Shown: piece by piece, positions 56,083 to 62,934 of the stretch
Numbering within the stretch: the first letter of the stretch is position 1
How the letters are laid out: each line of letters opens with the position of its first letter
Assembly: GCA_964563915.1 (NCBI GenBank)
Contig: CAZLYW010000001.1
Span: 560-64,559 of the forward strand
Source of the DNA: an uncultured Candidatus Peribacteria bacterium
GTDB lineage: Bacteria > Patescibacteriota > Gracilibacteria > Peribacterales > Peribacteraceae
DNA: 64,000 nucleotides
Direction of reading: 5' to 3'
Notes under the pieces: model-generated
Databases searched by the model: none
What the model was told of the DNA's origin: nothing
The model's input: the letters and a program-made list of their open reading frames with translations, nothing else
Program-made: the position numbers and the translations under genes

Positions 56083-57474
56083 ATCGCCTACTGACCCAGT
56101 AAACGCCCCTTGTGTGCCGGGGAAATCGGGGTAGTGCGAACGGCCGTTCTTCCGGAGTTTCTCGAGTGCCTTCGATGCGAAGCCCATCTGCAGCAGGTGT
56201 GCGGCGGATGGAGCCACATCGGCATCGTCATCGAAGAGCATCGATCCGTTCATCCGGTAGGTGTCGCCGTGGTGTGTCAGGGCGATGAGATGTAGCAGTT
56301 GATCCGGATGCCCCTCGACAGCCAGAGGAACGATCGCGCGCCTGAAGGATTCCGAATCGCCGTGGAACGTGCCAGTGAAGCTGACCATGCGCTTGCGGAT
56401 ACGCTCGTTGCGTGCCTCACACAGGTACGGCGTCATGCCCGTCATCCGAAAGTTAGGATCGGTGATGAAGAAACGGCCGTGGTGGTCCACGAGGACATCG
56501 AAGCCTCCCACCCCGTACCAACCGCGCTCGCGGACGGCGGGGAGGATGACGCGGAGGAGAAGATCGTTGACGCCGTCAATCGTCGGCATCAGATGATCGG
56601 GGTCAACGATGCCGCCGATGAATTCCCCCTCGGGCGTCGTCAACTGCTCGCTGACGCCGATGATTTCCACGGGAAAGCGGCGGTCGTGGGGAATCCCGAA
56701 CTGAATGCCGAAATTCCGTGCGACGTCGATGTACTCCTGCACGAGAATCGACGACCGAATCTCCGCGTACTCGCCTTGGGCATCCAGCAATTGGCGGCGG
56801 GTCCGGCAGATGCGGACGCCGTCGCCGGAACTGGAGGACGATACTTTCACCACACACGGCAGGGGGAACTTCCCCGTGTACTGTGCGAATGCCGCCCCGC
56901 TGGGAAACACAGCGTAGCGATCGGGCAGGTACGCCGCGGGAACGATGGACTGCAAATGCACTTTATCGTTCAGCCAAATCGTCCAATCCGTGGGAAATTG
57001 AAAACGATCTTTCAGCATCGCATCGTCGTACGGCTGCGCCATGATGAATCCGCCTTCATCGGCGAGATTCCGCAGCGCTTCTTTGACGAGCACATTCCGG
57101 TGCTCACCCACAATCTCGGGGCCGATCGTTTCGGGCAACCGGAAAATGCAGTCATCCCGGACGAGGGAGACACCGAGGTCATCGCGGAGAATCGAGAGAA
57201 CGTGGGGCTCGATGGCGGCAGGAAAGACGATGGGGCGAACAGATGCTCCAGCGCAGACGAGCGAGCGGGCTGCGACGAGTTCCTCACTCACCGGCGGGAC
57301 GCGGTTGAAGAACTGCGAATCCTGCCCTGCAGGATACCCGTAGAAGTACTGGGTACCGGCGGGGAAATACCGCGAGAGACTCACGGTATCCCTTCCCGTG
57401 GTGACCGGGAACCATGAGGAGCATACGGACGTGCGCGGGCGCTCAGCGAGCGCGGAGACATCCGGAGGGGGCAT
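56074..57474 (-). CDS. ATP-grasp domain protein (amidoligase-like)
   Basis: Has PLPCVVKVSSSSSGDGVRIC, ILVQEYI and FITDPNFRMTG (E/DxNxR Mg site). About 190 N-terminal residues are unassigned. Confidence 0.7.
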   Translation of the reverse strand: MPPPDVSALAERPRTSVCSSWFPVTTGRDTVSLSRYFPAGTQYFYGYPAGQDSQFFNRVPPVSEELVAARSLVCAGASVRPIVFPAAIEPHVLSILRDDLGVSLVRDDCIFRLPETIGPEIVGEHRNVLVKEALRNLADEGGFIMAQPYDDAMLKDRFQFPTDWTIWLNDKVHLQSIVPAAYLPDRYAVFPSGAAFAQYTGKFPLPCVVKVSSSSSGDGVRICRTRRQLLDAQGEYAEIRSSILVQEYIDVARNFGIQFGIPHDRRFPVEIIGVSEQLTTPEGEFIGGIVDPDHLMPTIDGVNDLLLRVILPAVRERGWYGVGGFDVLVDHHGRFFITDPNFRMTGMTPYLCEARNERIRKRMVSFTGTFHGDSESFRRAIVPLAVEGHPDQLLHLIALTHHGDTYRMNGSMLFDDDADVAPSAAHLLQMGFASKALEKLRKNGRSHYPDFPGTQGAFTGSVGDSA

Positions 57475-57496
57475 AGGAGAGAGGGAGAGAACACGC

Positions 57497-57526
57497 TTGA
57501 CCTCTCACAAATAGCTAAAATACAAT
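57497..57526 (+). promoter_or_regulatory. orphan promoter-like TTGACC-18-TACAAT pointing into a non-coding stretch
   Basis: -35 at 57497-57502 and -10 at 57521-57526. No credible ORF follows before the repeat at 57819. Confidence 0.3.
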
Positions 57527-57818
57527 AAAAAAGCTATTTTGTATATATTACGCATCTTCTCCGGAAATGCAAGGGTCTAGACAGCGACATTTTGACAAAC
57601 CACGCTGATTTTTTGAGCAGCGCTTGCCGATAGGAAAAGACAGGCATTCTCTCGCACATGTGCCTTTGGAGAGGCCCACTGAAGCTCTGAACGATGCGCC
57701 GCCTTCGGCGGCATCTCCGTGTTCTGGCCCCGCACAACTCGCTGCGCTCGTATGCGGGGCCAAGGATCTTCGGCCTCATGCTTCACCTTTCAGGCTCGCG
57801 TTCAGCTCGAATTCACCT

Positions 57819-57951
57819 TGGTCGGGACGACCCCTCTTCGCGCCTTCCCACTGCGTTCTGCGAACTTCGCGGGACAAGTCGGCGCTTCGCCGGGGTCGTT
57901 CGCAGATGATGCTTCTTCCAAATGTTTTTGGAAGTAATTTCTCTGGTCGGG
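57819..57951. repeat. left 133-bp direct repeat (att-like)
   Basis: Identical base for base to 62308-62440. Begins with tggtcgggacgac (13-nt tRNA-Pro 3' end, reverse strand) and ends with tggtcggg. Confidence 0.9.
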
Positions 57952-58160
57952 CACTGGCAGCACAACTCGAACGCCTACGATTGTATCAGTTGCAGAAGGG
58001 AAATCTCGGAAAACGGTACGTCGAAGTGATCCGAGAGTTCATCCCGCAGTATCGGCCACGAAATGAGAATGAGCTGGCTGTATTGAGCCGAAATCTTCCT
58101 GTTTCCTCTATAACCTGACCCGTTCTCGAACGAAGAGCGAATATACCATGTTTATTCATA

Positions 58161-58189
58161 TTGACAATGTGCAATCTGCATGCAATAAT
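58161..58189 (+). promoter_or_regulatory. promoter-like TTGACA-17-AATAAT inside the element
   Basis: -35 at 58161-58166 and -10 at 58184-58189, about 30 nt upstream of ATG 58220. Confidence 0.35.
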
Positions 58190-58219
58190 TCCAGAGCTAC
58201 TTCTTTCTATCACTTTTAT

Positions 58220-58456
58220 ATGGGTATTATGCAAAGAGAGGCTTTGGACAGTTATTCTGAAAGGCTGGCAGCAGCTGGAGTTCCCACAGAGGATGCACGA
58301 AGGATTGCGTATACGCGCTTTGTTGAAGCTGATAGTAAAATTGATCGTAAAGAAATGGATACAGCGCTGCGAACAGAATTAGCAGCTCTTCGAGGCCGAT
58401 ATCAGGATATCATTGATCGTGTCCCTATGGGCTTTGTGAATCGAGATGCTCTGTGA
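58220..58456 (+). CDS. hypothetical small protein (element cargo)
   Basis: 78 aa from the internal ATG (MGIMQREALDSYSERLAAAG...); helical; lies in G+C-poor DNA. Confidence 0.35.
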   Translation: MGIMQREALDSYSERLAAAGVPTEDARRIAYTRFVEADSKIDRKEMDTALRTELAALRGRYQDIIDRVPMGFVNRDAL

Positions 58457-58559
58457 GAGAGGCAATAATAGCAAGAATGAACATCTCACATGACACAGAC
58501 GAGATACCCTCAACGGTGGGGGTATTTCAGGCATGAGATTTCCATGAGAGAATACTGCT

Positions 58560-59111
58560 ATGCCGCCTGCCGTTTCCGAGAAACGAACAACTGCAAACCG
58601 CAACAATAGCACCCTCGGCGGTGTGAAATCCGCACACGGAAAATCCGTCGTGCGTCACAATGCTCGCACGCACGGCATCCTCGCCGAACTACGAACGAAG
58701 TACGAAGGCAATGCCTACGATGGCTACCTACGTCGCCTGCATTGTGAATATGACCCACAAGGCTTCATGGAGGGGCTTCTCGTCGAGCGCATCGCCATCT
58801 GTTGTCTAATGCTGTACCGCGCCGCGAAAGCCGAGCGGGAATTCATGCTGATGCGCCTGAAGCCGCCTATCAGTGACCGCCTGTGCTTCATCGACTTCGA
58901 CGACGAGAGCTACAAGCCCGTCATTCAGCACGCGGACATCGAACGGTTGTCGTCGGTGTACCTGCGCTACCAGACGACCATCGAGAACCGTCTCTACAAG
59001 GCGATGCACGAACTGGAGCGGTTACAGCGCATGAGGAAAGGCGAAGCTGTCGCAAGCCCCGTCATGGTCGATGTGTCGAACGACGACGGTGGGTTTGTTT
59101 CGCAGAAATGA
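58560..59111 (+). CDS. hypothetical protein (element cargo)
   Basis: 183 aa. The N-terminal basic segment with the NARTHGILA motif recurs, in my recollection, in uncharacterised proteins of mobile elements. Its stop overlaps the next start (ATGA). Confidence 0.5.
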   Translation: MPPAVSEKRTTANRNNSTLGGVKSAHGKSVVRHNARTHGILAELRTKYEGNAYDGYLRRLHCEYDPQGFMEGLLVERIAICCLMLYRAAKAEREFMLMRLKPPISDRLCFIDFDDESYKPVIQHADIERLSSVYLRYQTTIENRLYKAMHELERLQRMRKGEAVASPVMVDVSNDDGGFVSQK

Positions 59112-59413
59112 TCATGGACAGAAAAACCATCAGGAAATTGCAACTGGCGTACTGGAACGGCTACGACATCGATGCGGCCTGCCTCTACGCGGGGGTCGCA
59201 GAGGAGGACTACGAGAAAGCCATCGAAGCCGACGCAGAGTTCGCACGTCGCATGGCACTGGCGCAGCTCTATCCGAAAGTGAAGGCGCAGATGGAGATGG
59301 CACACAGCATTGCGAAGGGCGACGGGCAGCTGGCGATGCAATTCCTCGAACGGCGCGACCCTGCACGCTATGACCCGCAGTACATCAGGAAGTTCGGGCA
59401 GGCTCCCGATTGA
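59108..59413 (+). CDS. HTH protein resembling phage small terminase / transposase-HTH proteins
   Basis: 101 aa. GYDIDAACLYAGVAEEDYEKAIEADAEFARRMALAQ...AMQFLERRDPARYDP resembles the HTH plus WLLERR-type tail of small terminase-like proteins. Confidence 0.45.
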   Translation: MIMDRKTIRKLQLAYWNGYDIDAACLYAGVAEEDYEKAIEADAEFARRMALAQLYPKVKAQMEMAHSIAKGDGQLAMQFLERRDPARYDPQYIRKFGQAPD

Positions 59414-59427
59414 GGTACAGTGGGACA

Positions 59428-60270
59428 ATGCGCCTGATCTCGTTCCTCTCGGCATGTCGGGAGTGCCACTTCGCTGTCGACGAGGCGCTGTTCCGCACAC
59501 CCGAAGCACGGCGATATTTCACTTCTCTCCCGAAGAAACTCTCGACTTTTCGAGAGTACGACGGCTTCCATCGCTTTGATCTTTTCTTCGTCGATTGCCT
59601 CCTTCATCGCGAAGTCGGCAAGGAGGACTTCTACGTTCGCATGATCAGGCTCGTGAAGGACATCGAGGCCGCCTACAACGACGCACACCGTTCCATCAGC
59701 ATGGACGTTGACCGAGAGAACGCTCGCCGTCGAAATCTTACAAAAGCGCAGCACATATTGCGTGCGGAGCTACATCCTCTGACACTCCCTGAAGAACAGG
59801 AACTCTTCGACATGAAGAGCGAGAAGGCATTGAAGTTTATTCTGTCCCGCCTGAATGTACCCGTCGCCGACGCCGCCGAGATGCGGCTCGAACTCTACGG
59901 GCGGATTCTGCGCACCGACAACTACGTCAAAGTCCGCCGTATCCTCTCGAAGCTCTCGGTGGAGGATCGCCTCGCACTGGATGCGAACTCCATCGGGGAA
60001 ACCCGCTACGCGCACGTCCTCTACGCCATCGACGCCTGCCTCGCACGCTACATGAGCTTCGTACTCGGGAAACCCGTCAGTGCCATCCTCTCGGGCGACG
60101 ACCTCACGAAACCCTCTGCGTACAGTCTGTGCCCGTACTGCGGGGATCGGATCGTCGATGTCGGCAGGCAGCGGCGCAAGTGCTGCACGAAAGGCGCGTG
60201 CCGTCGCGAGTACGAGCGGGTACGCAAGCGAGAGCGACGGGAGCGGGAGCGTGCGGACAGGAAGCACTGA
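59428..60270 (+). CDS. hypothetical protein with C-terminal zinc ribbon and basic tail
   Basis: 280 aa ending CPYCGDRIV...RRKCCTKGACRREYERVRKRERRERER. Confidence 0.45.
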   Translation: MRLISFLSACRECHFAVDEALFRTPEARRYFTSLPKKLSTFREYDGFHRFDLFFVDCLLHREVGKEDFYVRMIRLVKDIEAAYNDAHRSISMDVDRENARRRNLTKAQHILRAELHPLTLPEEQELFDMKSEKALKFILSRLNVPVADAAEMRLELYGRILRTDNYVKVRRILSKLSVEDRLALDANSIGETRYAHVLYAIDACLARYMSFVLGKPVSAILSGDDLTKPSAYSLCPYCGDRIVDVGRQRRKCCTKGACRREYERVRKRERRERERADRKH

Positions 60271-60340
60271 TGTGTCCCACCGACGTTCTGATTCTGTCCC
60301 ACCCATCTGAAAGCGCTCTCGACGGGCGCACCATCGCTCG

Positions 60341-60604
60341 GTGAACGCTCGCACGAAGCACGCAGAGGCCACCGAGACTGTTGATCTCGCCGAAGAGGCG
60401 ATGGAAGTCTTCGCGTCGCAGATCGCCCCGCTCACGGCGTACTTCAAGCGGCACACCTCCTGCCCTATCCCCTACGAGATCAAGGGCAATCGCATCTACG
60501 TGCGTGGCGAGGACTGGGGCAACGCAGAGACGTTCTTCGCAGAGGGATCACGGCTCGTCGAACTCGTTTCGCACTGTCATGGTATCCGCACGGCCTGCGC
60601 CTGA
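60341..60604 (+). CDS. hypothetical small protein
   Basis: 87-aa ORF with a GTG start and no motif. Weak call. Confidence 0.25.
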   Translation: MNARTKHAEATETVDLAEEAMEVFASQIAPLTAYFKRHTSCPIPYEIKGNRIYVRGEDWGNAETFFAEGSRLVELVSHCHGIRTACA

Positions 60605-60629
60605 AGCGAAAAACAGATACAATGCACGT

Positions 60630-62398
60630 ATGTTCCTCGATGAACTCCCCGACATTCGCGACGTGCAGTTTTCCTTTGGGCGCAAAGCACGTGATCAGAA
60701 GGCGAAGAACTACGTCATCTACTGCCGCAAGTCCGACGAGCGCGATGATCGCACCAGCATCCCCGCGCAGCTGCGCCAGTGTCAGGAACTCGCGCGCAAG
60801 GAGGGTCTGCACGTCATCGGCATCATCCGCGAGCAGATGAGCGCACGGAGCCGCGGGCATCTGAAGTTCACAAACCTCATCCGCGCCATCAAGGGCGAGG
60901 AGGAACTCGATTGCCTCGACGACGCATGAAGCGCAGCAAGGAACGCCCTGACGGCATCATTGCGTGGCACCCTGACAGGTTGGCGCGCAACATGCCCGAC
61001 GCCGCCGAGATCATCGACCTCCTCGACGAGGGGCCGCTCGCCGACATGCAGTTCGCCATGTATTCCTTCCACAATGATTCGTCGGGGAAGGAGCACCTCG
61101 CCATGGAGTTCGCCCGCGCGAAGGCGTACTCGGATCACCTGCAAGACAACGTGCTACGGGGGCTCATCCAACAGGAACTCCATGGACGCGGTACGCGCCC
61201 GCTCCCCCCTGCCTTCGCAGTCGTCGATGACGAGGATGACCCCGACTACCTCAAGATCATCCCCTCGCCACTCCATGAACACTGGCGCAGAGCCTTTGAG
61301 TGGAAGCGCAGCGGTATGGCGAACGAGGAGATCGCACGGAAACTCGTGGAGGAAAAAAAATACGTCCACCGCAACTGGTACAAAAAGCAGTGGAAGACGG
61401 TGAACGTCGACAAAGACTACATCGGGAAGCACCTGAAAAATCCTCTGCACTGCGGGTGGCTTGTGACGGGCGAGAACAGCAAGGAACCCCGCCGCGTCGA
61501 TCTGAACGCGATCTACCCCGAGCAGTTTCATCATCCCTTCCCCGTCGTTCTTACCCTCGAAGAGTTCAAACAGATCAATCCCGATCTCTTCAGCGACACT
61601 GCCCGCAATGCTCTGCGCCCGCGCAGGCGCAGCGAGTATCCGCTCTCGGGCAAGGTGTTCTGCAAGGAGCTGCACGCACGCGGGGAGCTTGCGACCATGA
61701 CGGGCAGCACGAACACGGGCGGGTCAGGGAAACCCTCGCCGCGCTTCGCCTGCCAGCGCTGCCGCCCGACGCACAGCATCAACATGGACAAGCTCTACAA
61801 GGCCGTCGAGGTCAAGCTGCGGTGCGTGAAGCTCACCGAGCGCGAGCACACGAAGTTCGTCATCACCGCATGGCACAAGTACGAGGGCGAGCGGGAGGCC
61901 GAGGACGCCGAGCGTCGGCAGCTCAATGCCCTCGAAGGGCAAAACACCCTCGACATCACCGAAGCGCGCGAGGTGCTCAACACCATGCGGTACGGGAAGC
62001 CGAAGGCGGCAGACACGGACATTGCCGTGCAGGTCATACGTCTTGAACGGCTCGAAACAGAGCAGCAATCCATCGGGAAGCGGAAGGAGAAGCTGAACGA
62101 AGACAGCACCCAGCGGTACTGGGAGCTCGACGCCTTCCTCGAACTCGCGAAAAACGCCTCTGTGTGGTGGAAAAAGGCGAGTCCCGAAAAAAAGCGCAAA
62201 CTCGCCGATCTCATCGTCTCGAACGTGGTTGTGGATGCCGACGGAACGGCTACGGTGAGCCTCACTCCCGACTTCGAGGAATGGTCAAAACGGGGAAAAA
62301 CAGACGATGGTCGGGACGACCCCTCTTCGCGCCTTCCCACTGCGTTCTGCGAACTTCGCGGGACAAGTCGGCGCTTCGCCGGGGTCGTTCGCAGATGA
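60630..62398 (+). pseudogene. large serine recombinase, reading frame broken at 60926-60929
   Basis: Frame A (60630-60929) has NYVIYCRKSDERDD, the catalytic Ser region. Frame B, from ATG 60926, has PDGIIAWHPDRLARN, a recombinase domain, the Cys cluster CKELH...CQRCRP and a coiled coil. The ATGA overlap splits the catalytic domain. Confidence 0.75.
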
Positions 62399-62440
62399 TG
62401 CTTCTTCCAAATGTTTTTGGAAGTAATTTCTCTGGTCGGG
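62308..62440. repeat. right 133-bp direct repeat (att-like), overlapping the last 8 nt of tRNA-Pro
   Basis: Identical to 57819-57951. Contains the last 30 codons and the stop of the recombinase ORF. Confidence 0.9.
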
Positions 62441-62509
62441 ACGACTGGACTTGAACCAGCGACCTCTTGCACCCCATGCAAGCGCTCTAGCCAACTGAGC
62501 TACGTCCCG
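62433..62509 (-). tRNA. tRNA-Pro (anticodon GGG), CCA encoded
   Basis: The reverse complement folds as acceptor CGGGACG/CGTCCCG, D arm GCTC-AGTTGGCTA-GAGC, anticodon stem CTTGC/GCAAG with loop ATGGGGT, T arm GCTGG-TTCAAGT-CCAGT, then ACCA. Confidence 0.9.
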
Positions 62510-62673
62510 GTGTACTGAAGGTAGTTCAAAGAGCACATTCGTGCCAACTGCTTGCCCACCGACCTGTCCCTCGAAGCCCGAGAGGCGAAGGGGGAAGCTC
62601 CGCAGAGCGAAGGTGGGAGCGGAGCCTGCCCTGAGCGAAGCCGAAGGGTCCCGGCAACGTGAGTATACTGTGC

Positions 62674-62934
62674 ATGATGCTGAACATGGAAGAAACCCTT
62701 CAGGCGATCGTCGACCGCAACAAGCGCGTCGAAGCGGAGAAGGCATGGGAAGTGAGTTTCACCAGACGCGCCTTCCTCGCAGTTCTCACCTATGTGACAG
62801 CGGCTCTTCTTCTCTCGCTGCTCGGCCAAGAACGCGTTCTCTTGCTGTCATTCATTCCAGCGATCTCGTACGTGTTCTCCACACTGACGCTTCCGTGGAT
62901 GAAGCGATTCTGGATGCGATCTCAGCGGAAGTGA
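62674..62934 (+). CDS. small two-TM membrane protein
   Basis: MMLNMEETLQAIVDRNKRVEAEKAWE, then two hydrophobic helices. The start is ambiguous (62659 GTG, or 62674/62677/62686 ATG). Confidence 0.45.
   Translation: MMLNMEETLQAIVDRNKRVEAEKAWEVSFTRRAFLAVLTYVTAALLLSLLGQERVLLLSFIPAISYVFSTLTLPWMKRFWMRSQRK

Larger units (their letters stand above)
57819..62440. mobile_element. integrative element (4489 bp per unit including one repeat) at the 3' end of tRNA-Pro
   Basis: Perfect 133-bp direct repeats at both ends; the right repeat overlaps the tRNA 3' end. A serine recombinase gene lies at the tRNA-proximal end, with phage-like small ORFs and a G+C-poor left part. Confidence 0.65.

Noticed and set aside
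24734-57417. Many long antisense or out-of-frame ORFs, for example 24734-25714, 26782-28188, 33262-34383, 39160-40458, 40476-41642, 48241-49245, 50872-51972, 56299-57417 and 12378-13145.
   Set aside because: Each lies opposite or out of frame to a gene with clear family motifs. All have Arg/Gly/Asp/His-rich, low-information composition. This is expected in G+C-rich DNA, where stop codons are rare.
57819-57951. Reading the 133-bp repeat as a tmRNA or tRNA-like gene because its minus strand ends in GTCGTCCCGACCA.
   Set aside because: No T-arm or acceptor pairing partner is present upstream of the 13-mer. It matches only the terminal 13 nt of tRNA-Pro and is better explained as an att-core fragment.
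57624-58118. 164-aa ORF (and 62164-62454) reading through the direct repeats.
   Set aside because: The composition is nonsense-like (Pro/Ser/Arg-rich). The open frame follows from the G+C-rich repeat, and only the last 55 codons lie in unique DNA.
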